Shown: in pieces, positions 23,302 to 36,100 of the stretch
Layout: every line of letters begins with the position of its first letter
Numbering within the stretch: position 1 is the first letter of the stretch
Assembly: GCA_050084515.1 (NCBI GenBank)
Contig: CM114271.1
Span: forward strand, 25,916,001-25,980,000
Source of the DNA: Blasia pusilla
Lineage: Eukaryota
Length of the DNA: 64,000 nt
Direction: 5' to 3'
Program-made: the position numbers and the translations under genes
The notes under the pieces: model-generated
What the model was told of the DNA's origin: nothing
What the model saw: the letters and a program-made list of their open reading frames with translations, nothing else
The model's database searches: none

Positions 23302-23783
23302 TAGGGTTTATCCCTACGATATTGTTCAGAATGAAGATAATGCACTTTAATGTCCGCCTACACGGAACCTAAAACTACGATACAACCATCATAAGGGTAC
23401 ACAAAGACTTCAGGAATCTTCCAAATTCTCAAGGAAGATGATCAAGGGAGGGCAAAGTGCATGTGAAGTGCAAAATTTTGGCCTCTGCTCTACAAAGCGA
23501 ACTCCCATCTTCTTTCTCCAAGAGAAGACAGGCCTAGGAAAAATCCTGCACTTGAGACAACAAAATCAAAATCTCTCGCAACTGAGGAAATTATAACCCA
23601 AAATGTTAACGGTTTAGGAGACTTAACATGACATATAAATAGTTTGATAGAAACACCAAATTCGAAAAATATGGTGTTTTAGAAAATTGGGTTTTGTTCT
23701 CATATTATTATTACCACACTAGGACATAGTGTAATGAGACTACAACTTAGGTTTTACTCTCTATGTCAATCATGTTTATAGCC

Positions 23784-24015
23784 TAGGGTTTAGGGTTTTT
23801 GGTTTAGGGTTAAGGGTTAAGGGTTTAGGGTTTATAGCTTAGGGTTTAGGGTTTTTGGCTTCCGTTGTAGGGTTTAGGGTTTTTGGCTTAGGATTTAGGG
23901 TTTTGACTTAGGGTTTATTGCCAAGGTTCTAGGCTTTAAGGTGGTTGGCTTAGGGTTTAGGTTTTTTGGTTTAGGGGTTAGGATACAGAGTTTTTGGCCT
24001 AGGGTTTACGGTTTA
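23784..24015 (+). repeat. Degenerate interstitial telomere-like (TTTAGGG)n tract
   Basis: Many TTTAGGG/TTAGGG/TAAGGG units interleaved with TTTTTGG(C). Confidence 0.85.
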
Positions 24016-25670
24016 CAATTTATTGGTTAGGAGAAGATGTAGTTGAAGAAGCATCTCTCTTTTGGCACGCAAGCCAAATTCAGTGTTACTCTTGATGAAT
24101 TTTGTAGAACGTTGCGAGATTTAACTCGATTGCGGAGGTCCAAACGCCCAACGACTGACCTTCTTCTATGTAACCACAAGGAAGTCATTAGTAGTTTTGA
24201 TACAACCTTACTCGGATTAATCCGGACGATTGTAAACTGGGTGATGGAAGATGATGAGTAGGGTATAAATTTTGACATAGGATTTATAAATATGGTTAGC
24301 GCATCAAATGATTATGAGCGGCTCAATGTAGAAGAATTGGGAGAATATTTTTCTGAGGGGTCTGGTCTCAATGCAAGTGAAAGATTATTGGTGTTCTTCG
24401 CAGAGATCGAAATACTCGGGAATCTTATAGTTACTTGCCAGATAGCCTTCAATCTCTGGTTTAGAGTAATTCCTTGTACAGTGAGATCTCCAATGACCGA
24501 TCCAAAGAGACAAAAGACTCAGAGTGGAGGATGTCTCATGGTTTTTATAACGGTATTTGTCGATGGTTTTGATGAGTCCACTCTGGACGAACAACTTGTT
24601 GCTCAATATAAAGTACTTGGCAGAAAAGTTCTTCCCGCCTTTCTCTACGACACAAGAGATATGATCAACGAGGAGTATAGATTCTTTCCAACCCTCGAAG
24701 AGAACGAGTTTCGAATGGGTGACCTCGTGGAGATTTTCTCTGGCTTGTCAAAGGTTGGAGCGTGGAAGAATGCCATTGTGGTAAATCCAGGTTGTCGTGT
24801 ACTTGCGGCTCTAGTGGTGAGTTTTTCATTCGAAACCTAAGTTCTGATCATAATTACATACATTCTACTTAAGTTCTTATTCAAAGATATGTACTACCTC
24901 CCCAAGCTGGTACCCTTAGAGGTTTCGGGCATCCATTTCTAAGCATTTTTCTTGCAAGTGGATGGGGCAACATTGTCTGACTTCTGCCTGAAATTTGATC
25001 AATTGTACAAACCGTAGTCTTCTAAAGACTAAAGGAGCAAAGGACCCAGACATGGAAGAGGAATTGGAAGATGATGACGAATCAGAAGTAAGCTCCGCAA
25101 TTTTGTGCCTCGAATCATGCCAGAAGTTTGTTTCTCTTCGCACTACTATTCGATTCAAGCATGCACATTATTGATTTTGGTTGGTTTATGGCTCAAGACG
25201 ATGGAGTCGCATAGAGGGATGAGGACGAGGGATTGGCTCCTCCAACTTTTGAAAGGGTGACATCGCCAGATGGGTTGATTCCTCAAATTTTGACAGGGGA
25301 AACTAGTGCTCTAGCTACTTGTGGTTTAGTAAGATATTCCGACAGAACTATCCCCACACCGTTGGGAGAAAATATCGTAAGTCAATTTAAGAAGCTCGTT
25401 ATGAAAAAACTTTATGTTTTTTATTGGGACGATGACTATTACATATAGAATTCTAATTTAAGTATCTATTTGCGAAGCAATCATCGTCGATTGGTGGAAA
25501 ATCACTTGTAGTATTGGCGCTCACTCTTGAGGGAGAGAAGGATGACGAAGTGGTGGAGAGCAGATCCAAGAAGATGCCATCGTAAAAAATACCAACTACG
25601 GTGAGAACTTTACTTGATCCTCTTAATGCATGCAAATCCTTCCTAGTATTAGTTTCAAAGTAATATTTTT

Positions 25671-26105
25671 GTTCTCATTACGTTGAGTATTCACAGGGAG
25701 AAAATGAGAGGGAGGGACTACGTGGGACGGAAAAGCAGATTGCGACGTCATCGGGCTTTCCTACTCATGTGAGAAACCCAATTAATTTTTCCTATTCTAA
25801 TTTCAGTTTCCCAGCCTCTTCTTGCACTGATGTAAAACTTAAGTTCTCATTATGTCAAGCATTTTGCCACTACACAGGGAGAAGAGGAGAGAGAGGGACT
25901 GCTTGGGACGGAAAAGGAGACTCCACCGTCATCGGAATCTCCTTCTAAGGTGAGCAACCCAGTTAATCTTTTCATATTGTGTTTTGAGTTTCCTAGCCTC
26001 CTCTTGCACTGATGTAGAACTTAAGTTCTCATTATGTCGAACATTTTTCCACTACACAGGGAGAAGAGGAGAGTGAGGGACTGCTCGAGACAGAAAAGTA
26101 GACTC
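25671..26105 (+). repeat. Tandem repeat, ~181 bp unit, ~2.4 copies, each resembling a 72-nt exon plus intron
   Basis: CAG|GGAGAA at 25697, 25878 and 26060. The first two exon-like units end at 25768 and 25949, followed by GTGAG. Confidence 0.8.
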
Positions 26106-26899
26106 AAGAGGGAGAAAAGGGGATTGAGGGACTCAAAGGTACATAAAACCTCACTGCAACATTACTGGCTTCTCCAAATCAGATAAGCAACTAAATTAGT
26201 GATTAATTCATCTAAAGTTCTCATTGTATTCAGCGTCTCCACACTTTGAATTTAGAAAAGAAAACCTTGTGAGAAAACAGAAAGTGACGAAATCACTCAA
26301 ATCTTTACAAAACTTAGAGATACAAAGTAGCCTGGTCCGTCCGTGCGCTCACAGAAGAGCTTCGATGGAACTTGAACTGGGAGATAACTTGACATACGAG
26401 AATGCGCTACCGCTGCGGCTCCCGACTATTTGACTACTCGGGAAAACTAGGGTTTTTACCTATTTTTCTTCGTTTCTATTAATAGAACAAATTTGCCGAG
26501 GGATGCGCCCCCGAACCCTCGCGACGCATCAGGGTTAGATAAACCTAGTAACGCTACTCCTAAAACCACCTACGTCATATTACTATGACTCCTTCGACGT
26601 CCAAGTCATAACCATCAATCTAGGCTTCTCCTCATACAAGGGGGCCGATCAGATTAATGGTGCTTAGAGAAGTGGATGTTGAGAATCCAAGAAACCTCAT
26701 ATTATGGTTTCATGCAAGAGTCACTCTATGGAACACGTAGTAGGTCGACGTTTGAGTGTTCGGCGGTTGGTGACTCGCAACTTAGAAAAGTAGTAAATAC
26801 TATCCTAGGGAATGACTTAGCCACTACACTCGAAGTATCAGATTCTGACGACTCTACATTCAATTTAACAATCAAATGTGTAAATGCACAGAAAAATGA

Positions 26900-29125
26900 T
26901 ATATCTCAAGATCAACCTCGAGCTCCAATGTCTACAAATCGTGCGGCTTCAGTGAGGAGTTTTCTAGAATGGATAGAGCAACGTGCAGAAAAGGGAATGA
27001 TTCCAAATGAATTGTCGCGTGAGTTTGAGAAGCGGTTTTTTCACTTTTCTTCTTCTGAAAGGGCAACTATAGACTTGAGGAAAACCGAGTTATTCCTTGA
27101 GACGGTTGATGAGAATTTGGAGGACAAGCTTTTCATAATGTTGGCAGACAAGACCGAAGAAGGAGGTGTCAGCACTAATTGGAAGAAATTGGAAGAAGTT
27201 GTTGCTATCCTCACAAAGCAAAGTCGAAGTAGAGATAGAACCGCACTATTCAAGTCGAAGATTAAGGAGAAAGAATTGAGGTCTCCTTTGAAGACCAAGG
27301 GTAAAACTCCTACATACAAGTTGCAATCTGATATAGAGACAAGCACGAATTTGAAGGAGATTCTTGAGGAGAGGATTTTGGATGCGAAAATAGAGTTTTC
27401 TTTGAGGGAAGTCTTGGGCATAGCCAAACGTGACTTTCATGAGTTGATCATAGATGTGATCAAAAGGAAGAGGCAAATAACTGTAAATATGGTGATGGTG
27501 AGGGCATTGGATATTGACATCACAGAAGAAGAAGATGAAGAGCTTGGCCAAGTTTTTGGACAAAATCTTGACTTACAGGGAGAAGAGGCGAGAGTAGGAG
27601 AAGCCTTGATAGAACAAGATGAAGAAAGGCACAATGGTGGACACTATTCTTGGTCATATTGGGCGCGTGCAACGACGAAGGCTAGAGTTTGTCTGGGCTC
27701 TCTCCAAGAGTCAGTCCTGACTCTCGTTGATCATGGTTCGGAGATCAACATCATGTCACAAAGTGTGTACGACAAAGGGATGTGGCCAATTGATACACGG
27801 CATGAATGGATACTATATGCAACTAACAATCAAAAAGTGAACTCTACAGTGCTTGTCCAACTGTCAAAACTCGTATCAGAGATGTGTTGATTGAACAAAA
27901 TTTATTTGTTCAGAATGGAGCTGCTTATCGTATGATTCTTGGACAACGTTACATCACAGCATCTAAAATGGAGATCAAAGTCATGGATAATTGATCTCAT
28001 TATGCCCGTATTAGAAGTTATGATGGAACGAGATTAGTTCAATTCCTTAATGTATGAGTAGGTCATGAAAGGAATAGGGAGAAATTGAGAGATGGTCCTA
28101 TGAAGGTAGAGAAGGAGTTTTCGGATTTTTAGTTAGCACTCCTGTAGACCGGGAATATGGGGGTGAAGAGAAAAGAAAGAGTCTTTCGTTAATAGAGGGG
28201 GAAGAATCATGTATGTTTAGATCAGGGTTTTCTCAATGTTTTTCTTCGTGGTCTAGTAGATTCCAAATGATGAAAGAAATGAATGAGACGAAATGAATGA
28301 GACGAAAAGACGATTTATGAAAATAAAAAGAGGGTTTGTTAAAATATGAGGGTGTTCCATTAGATGAAGAGTTCATTAGTGGGATGTATGAAGAAGAGGA
28401 TTTTGGAGATAGTCTTGAGGAGGTGTTCACCCAAACGAGCATCAATTCATTAAATACAAGTTTGATTACAATTCACTCGCGTGAGTTGCATGAAGAAATA
28501 TCAAGGTTAATGGAAGGAGAAAATGGATATAAATCTACGATGAGGAAAGCAGATGGGTACGAGTTTGCGACAGATGAACATCCCATGGAGGCACAAGTGC
28601 ACACAAAGTACAAGACGCTAGCTCGGAAAGTGAAACCGATGGCTACTCAACTATCTGAGGGATCTGGAAAACAAGTAGAATGTGCATCGATGGAGCCGAA
28701 TCTACGAGATGTGAGGAAGATAGGATACAAGTTAGAGAAGAAACACTGGATGATTTGCAAATTGGAGGGGGTGAGTTTCTTACTGAAATTGAAAGAAAAA
28801 GCTTCGGGAGATTTTAAGAAGATATGGTAAGGCTTTTTCTTTTACTTTACAAGAAATTGGTTGTGTAGATACGAGTGTGGTGGCACCAATGGTAATTTTC
28901 ACAATTCCACATGTGCCTTGGGATCTAAAACCCATCTAGTATCACGAGCTATGATTCCCAAGTTGATTGAGTTATTGAAGGAGAAGATGGAGATGGATAT
29001 CTTACAGCCATCTATGGGTCCTTACTTGAGTTGATGGTTCACTGTGCGAAAGAAATCAGGAGCTCTCCGGTTCATTCAAGATATGCAACCGGAAAATAAG
29101 GTAACCATTCAAAATATGGGAGCAG
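26900..29125 (+). mobile_element. Degenerate Ty3/gypsy gag-protease-RT fragment
   Basis: Aspartic protease-like LVDHGSEINIM, KYKTLARKVKP linker and RT start WFTVRKKSGALRFIQDMQPENKVTI. Stops and frameshifts; cut off at ~29125. Confidence 0.8.
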
Positions 29126-30283
29126 GGCCTAGAATACCTGGCAAAACCATGGTTATCTCTATTGCGGGCCTAGCAGACATCCCTGCCATCCTAGCAGCCT
29201 CAACTTGCCATGAATCTAAGGTGGACGGCCCAAGCACAGGCTCCAAGGAAAGGTCCACCACCTCCTTTGCACCCACCTTTGAACGTGAGGCAATAACACC
29301 AACTCCACCCTCACATAGCATAATGGCCACCTAGACAACCTCGGCCAGCGTATCTCCCAACATCATAACATTGGAAGCGGAAAACCATGGGGCGTGGTAC
29401 ATGGTACTGGCCGCCTCCAATAATGTACTCGACACATTCTCTCTTTGTAAATCAAGTATCTCCCACACAACAATGTCTCTCCATAGTGCACACAACTCTT
29501 TCTCTCTTTTTCATGTCAAATCAAATCCACTTCTTAATGAGAGGCTTGGATTACACACAAGTTCAAGGAGGACCATAGCTCTGCCATCTCATGCTAAGAG
29601 GTTCAACAAAGAGATAATAAGCTCCAAAGCTCTCTTCCCTCTCTCTTTGAGTATACTCCCTTTCCTCTCCCAAGCTTTCTCCACGGTAATCTATGCTCGC
29701 AGCTCACCTCCTTGGCAAGGTTGCATGTGGACAAAGTCTGTGTCCGTAGACATGTTCATGTCAGGGGACTTATGTGCGTCTTATGGAAGGACTTGTCCAT
29801 ATGGGCCCCACCTTTCCCTTCTTTCTCATTCCCTTTACTTGCCTTCGTGTTCCATACTCCCCCATTTCTTCCTCCCTCCACCTCCATTCCCTCCTCCCTC
29901 ATTGCTCCTCTCATCCTTGTCTTGCCTTCCATCATGGACTAAAAGTGTGGGTCCCACCTTTTGGAACTGATGTCCAAATTTGTCCGTCCATGTCCATTCT
30001 AAGGAAGGACTTATCTATTTTTGTGCAACCATGCTCCTTGGCTCTTCATCTATTGTAGGAGGTCAAGGGTCAGTTCCCAAAGTAGAAAGTCAACTATACT
30101 CAAAACGGTAACTTTCTTGAAAAAGTAAGTTTCTCTATATGGCTCCAAATGAGCCAAAACGAAGGGAAAACCTACTCTCTCAAGTTATCCATGACCTCAA
30201 CAGATCATCCTCTTGAGGCTCTCCTCCACCATCCACAAAGACACCCAACTTGATCTCGTCGATCTATCCTAATAGAGGGTACA
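29126..30283 (-). mobile_element. 5' portion of a second split-LTR subfamily element: repeat B'' (30283-~29449), leader and gag-like start
   Basis: Minus strand begins TGTACCCTCTATTAGGATAGATCG versus TGTCACGACTTTTTAGAATAGATCG at 32408. Extended homology to 31893-32408. Confidence 0.7.
29716..30033. mobile_element. hAT-type MITE, 318 bp
   Basis: Termini CAAGGTTGCA...TGCAACCATG (9/10 inverted match) and 8-bp TSD CTCCTTGG at 29708-29715 and 30034-30041. The empty site is present in the paralogous repeat at ~32152. Confidence 0.85.
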
Positions 30284-30531
30284 AGAGTGTTAGATCTCTT
30301 CGGAGGGATCAACATAGGCTGCTAGTTGTAGTATTGAAGTGTTGTAGGATGATATCCGGATACATCAATATCTCTAGGTGGAGATACATGAGATCGATCC
30401 ATAGATAAGTATGTAATGGGAGATGTTGCGGGTATGATAGCACTGACGATGTTGGATGTGTATAGAGTAGTAGATCATGTTAGGTAGTTGTGATGTGTGC
30501 TATCTAGAGTTAGAGGGATCAAAATGTCAAC

Positions 30532-30916
<385 letters not shown>

Positions 30917-31049
30917 ATATTTATGACACAATAGGGATGGCAATTTCCCCATTTCTCGTATTTGACAAAAAACGGGGATATTAAAGGACTAGATCACTCG
31001 TATGAAAATCCAGTAATCCCTTTTGAACATTGATGATCATATTTCAGGG

Positions 31050-31760
31050 ATGTTCTTAAGATATTGGTTAATCGATCAAGTATTGTCATGGTATCAATGA
31101 TGGGAGAGATCCTTGATTGGAACAAGTCAAAAATTCACATGGAGCAAAATAAAGCAAGGGCTATTGCAAAATTTCCAAGATGTGGATCCAATCCTCAGTG
31201 CAAGAATGAAATCTGGCGATTGGAGCAGAAAGGTAATGTGGAGGATTGCTTCAAAGAGTTTTGCCACTTACACATATAGATCCGCGACATAAGTGGGGCA
31301 GACATCCTTTATCTCTTTAAGAGAGGTTTGAAGAGAAAGGTGCGTCAAGAAGCGATTCGAGAAAACCCTAAGGATAACAATGAAGTAATCGCATGTGCTC
31401 AAAGTATGGCAAATGTGTATGAAAGAGGAGGAGAGATAGTTGCTTCCATGAACAACCACTACGTATCCACACCCATGGAGTTAGATAACCTTTGAGCACG
31501 AGATGGTCATGCGGCACAAAGATTTAATGAAAGGGAGCCAATGGATAGAGATCAGAACCCCAACATACAAGGGATTTCTCCTCAAACCGACGGGATCGGG
31601 GTTCCTAAAGGAGGGAGAGAATTTTAAGTCTGAAGAGATACACGCCAATTTTTTGAGTGTGGTAGATATGGTCATATAGCCATAAATTTTCATCTTCGTA
31701 GGCTAAAAAAAAGGCCATATCATCACCCTCTTAATCATCTTGAAGAAGGACACATGAAGG
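31050..31760 (+). mobile_element. Degenerate retrotransposon gag fragment
   Basis: EIWRLEQKGNVEDCFKEF segment and zinc-knuckle remnant ECGRYGHIA; multiple stops. Confidence 0.5.
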
Positions 31761-31764
31761 AAGA

Positions 31765-34700
31765 TGTCGTGCGCATACACATTGCTACACAACAAACATC
31801 ATTGTCGACAAACATACACACAAACACGCACGATCCCATGCTAACTCATGGCATCCAAACAACAAGACAAGAAGTACCAAAATATCTCCAATAAATCAGG
31901 ATCCAATCTATCTCCACACCATAGCTCTCAAATGTGTGCACTCTCACATACCTCTTTCAATGTCCAACCAAACCTACTCTCCTAATGAGGGGCTTGGGTT
32001 ACACACATAAGGCAAGAAAGACCATAGCTCCGCTGCCTCATGCCAAGAGGTTCAGTAAATAGAGAATGAGCTCTCAAGCTCTCTCTCCTTGAGGTATACC
32101 CCCTTCCCTCTCCCAAGCTCTCTCCTCACTAACCTATTGCTCGCAGGTCACCTCCTTGGCTCTCGACCTTTTATAGCGGATCAAGGGCCACTTCCCAAAG
32201 TGGAAAGTCAACTATACCAAATATGGAAGCTTACCCAACATAGTAAGTTTCTATATATGGCTCAAAATGAGCCGAAACGAAGGGGAAGCCTGCTCTCTCA
32301 CGTTTTCCGGTACCTCAGCCAATCATCCTCAACCTCCTAAGCCTACCCTCTTCTACTCGTGAAGGCGCTTTACCAGATCTCTCCGATCTATTCTAAAAAG
32401 TCGTGACACCTATCGTGCGCATACTCATCGCTACACAACATACATCGTTGTCGACAAACATACACATAAACACGCACGATCCCATCCTAACTCATGGTAT
32501 CTAAACAATGAGACAAGAAGTACTAAAATATCTCCAATCGCCCCCCTAGCTGGTGGTTAGGTTCCTCTTACTCCATATAGCCATCTATTCCTACCTACCA
32601 TGACATACATCTCTCGGACACTAAGAGCAAGAAGGCCGAGGACTAGTACTCATGTGGCTCCATTGTTAGTCGTCTTCTTGTCATCCATGTCATATACACA
32701 AGTTGGAATGTAGAACTACCTACTTTATGTACATCTAGCACACATCCATCGTCCCTGAGGAATCCTAGTGAGAGGTGGCGTCAAGCGTGCCATATGCCAT
32801 CCTCTCGAATATCCATCACAGACTAGTATAATGGTTGCCTAAACATACATCGCAAGCCTGCAGGAAAAACTGTTTCGCTTAGATCAACTGTACCGTCAAT
32901 ATTCAGAAGGTGACATGGCGCACAATTATGCACATGGTCCTTCCAAACCATACCATCGCGTCCCTCCAATAAGAGAACACATGATGGCAAAACCTCACGC
33001 ACTCTCAAGATAGTGCGCCCTACAGTCACATCCAACGTTGTGGGTACCGTCTGCTGCAAGTAGACATAGTCTCCCTGATAACCATACCCCCCTCCCCCCC
33101 CGCCCCCCCCTGCGCAAGTAGTTGCATACCTCAATGTATCCCAATGTTGGGCAATCGCCAAGTTCTCAAAGGACATGGGCATCACTTTCCAAAACAATTA
33201 AGCCCTCTCTGAACATGCTCTCATCCATACATCAGGGTCATCAAGGTTCAACACCTCACCAACATCTCGACAAATAGTCGCAGGTAAATCTGGCTCTAGG
33301 CCATACAAAAGCAAGTACGATGAGAAAGACGCTAAGGATGCTTGCTTGCTGAATCTATATCCCATCGCCAACCATAGCAAATGGAGGTCCCAATCCCCTA
33401 GGAGACCTCTCTGCAAGCCATACTTGCGTAATCCTCTCTTCATCATCTACACAACTCGCTCTGCTTGTCCATCCGCCTCGGGATGATCTCGCAAAGTAGT
33501 GCGATGGTCGATCAGTGTCTAATCACACAAGGCGTGAAACTCTCTATGAAACTCTCCGTGAAAATCTGTACCTTGGTATGTAACCAGCTCAGCTAGTGCG
33601 CCGTAATGACTCAACACTCCATCTAGGAAGGCATATACTACTCCCTCACTCGCTTTGTCAGGCAATACAACTAACTCTATCCACTTTGAGAACTTCTCGA
33701 CCATCACCAACACATAACCATTATGGCGCTCTGTCAAAGGCAAAGGTCGTGCAAAATCCAAACCTAGTTTATAACCTAAACCCATGATCGGAAGTGGATG
33801 GAATTATGGAGTCACAACATTGAACGATGCTCAGAATGGATCACACACCATGCACCTGGCAACAAACTGCTGAAAGTAAGTCTGCATGCCTCGCCACCAA
33901 TACTTTATCTAGAGCAAGCTGTACGTCCGCTTCACTCCAAAATGACGGAACTCCTTATGGGCATGACGCAACAAACATGCTCTCTGCGGAGGATGAGGCA
34001 CCATACGCACTCTACCATCCTCCCAAACTCGCAACACATGTGTCCCCTCCCACTGGAACCGTCTTGCTTGGTGTAGGATTCGATCCGGCTCTCTAGCACC
34101 CATAGTGCTCGCGACGCTGCTTGTACGCAGTTACTCCAAGACCACTCCGTCGTCATGAATGTCTCGACCACTTGTCGTCTCCTCAATGGATCTAAGGACT
34201 CTCTATCAGACCTCGCCATTAAAGTCTCAACAATCTGGCTTTCCATAGCCAACAAGCCCAAATAGATTGACGCATGTCATCCTGGCACCAACTCCTCATC
34301 ACTATCACTATGCCAACGAGCTTCAATTGCATCTCGCTGACTCGAGAATGGGTTACGGCTCAAACCATCTGCATCCTGGTTGAGCGTCCCAGGTCTATGC
34401 ACCATCTAGAAGTCATACTCCTGCAATAAAAGAGCCCACCACTCAAGCTTCCGTGTAAGCTTGTCGGATCCCATCAACCACTTAAGTGGCTGATGATCAG
34501 AAATGATGGTAAAGGGTTTTCCAAATAGATAATACCTGAAATGTGCGATAGCCCATACGGTAGCCAAGCACTCACCCTCATACGAGCTATACTTTTCCTG
34601 TGTAGTGTTGTTTGAGCGTCTAGCGTGAGCCACTATGAACTCCCTACCATCATCTTCATGTAAGGTGAGCATGGCTCCAAGCCCAAACATGCTCCAATAG

Positions 34701-36100
34701 GTATGGAACTGGAAAGGACGCCCCCTGATCGGTCTCCTCAATATGGGCGCAGAAGTCAATATGTCCTTAAGCATCTAAAATGCTCTCTCTTGCTCATCCC
34801 CCTAGTGCCACTCTTGATCCACCTTGGTCATCAAGGTTAGCGGCTTCAAAATTGAACCAAAACCCTTGACCTTCCGTCGATAAAGTTTGTGCATGCCAAT
34901 CCTATGCATGCACGAACTTGACTCACATCTGTAGGGCATGGAATGCGTGAAATAGCCTCCACCTTTTTTTGGTGCACACCAAGTTCCCCGGGATATATCG
35001 TATGACCCAATTACTCAATCTGGTCATAGAAGAACTTGCACTTGCCGGGATGTAGCTTCAGCCCATGTAACTGCAATCGTTGAAACACCTCCTCTAGATG
35101 TCGCTCATGCTCCTCAATCGTGGCGCTAGAGACTACGATGTCATCAATATAACACCTAGAAAAATGGAGACCTACCAAGATCTTATCTATGATCCTCTGA
35201 AACTCAGTCGGGGCATTCTTTAACCCAAATGGTAAGAATCGCCACTGATACAAACAATCCTTCCTATGAGAATCGATGCCCCAAAATGCCGTCTTCTTCC
35301 TGACCTCCAATCTAAGAGGCAGCTAATGGTATCCGGCTCCCAAATCCTATGAACTGAAGATCTTTGCATGCCCAATCGCATCAAAGATCTTCTTAAGGGT
35401 GGGCATGGCATACATATCAGACTTTGTCTGCCGATTGATAGGTCGGTAATCTCCACACATCTGCCTATGCGTCCCGTTGCCATGCATATCCTTCTTGGCA
35501 GGCATGATAGTGGCAGATGCATACTCTCCATGCGACATCTCCACTAGTCATGCTCCAACCAAGTCTTGGATCCTACTCTAAATCAGAGCCCTGTCCATGT
35601 CACTGTACCCGTAGGATCCTTGGAAGATCGGCATGTTACTCGATAACTGAATGCAGATGCGTGGACCCTTCAGCATACACAAATCATGCATATTAAATGC
35701 AAAATGGCTCCTATAACTCTAAGGAACTCGTATATCCAGCGCCGCTCTCCTCCTGCCAACTTAGGGCCCATATCTGGCGCCCAAGTCTCCATCTTGACTA
35801 CGGTAGGACTCTCCAACGCGGGTGTCGGTGGTTGCTATGGTGCAACCTTGTCTAGGACAACCAAACTCGACTTATCCCCTGTAGCTAACAACAAAATTGG
35901 ATCTCCATGTGTAGTATCTGAAACCACGGGCGATGGGATTCCCCATAGGAGTGACGGCAGTATCGTCACTATCAGAGGCATCATGACGTCATGTTTTGGG
36001 TCAGGAAATGGACCTGAATTGCATGACATGGATTTTCAACTTAGGAGTAGCTGAGGAGCGTCATTTGAAGATGCGACACTCGCTTATCGGCGTTAGGCTC
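31765..36100 (-). mobile_element. Degenerate PHD-type Ty3/gypsy element with 3' end PPT-A-B-A ending in CA at 31765
   Basis: RT (QMCGDYRPIN, LPFGLKNAP, YIDD), RNaseH, integrase (GLDFARP) and PHD remnant ILVCDGYSRGWHM..WMCARC (32725-32855). A copies at 32411-32538 and 31765-31892 (both 128 bp) flank B'' at 31893-32408. 5' end truncated. Confidence 0.92.

Noticed and set aside
24292-24840. 182-aa ORF
   Set aside because: No motif recognised; may be the antisense of a decayed transposon ORF.
25671-26105. CRISPR-like array
   Set aside because: Whole units are similar with no unique spacers, and the context is eukaryotic.
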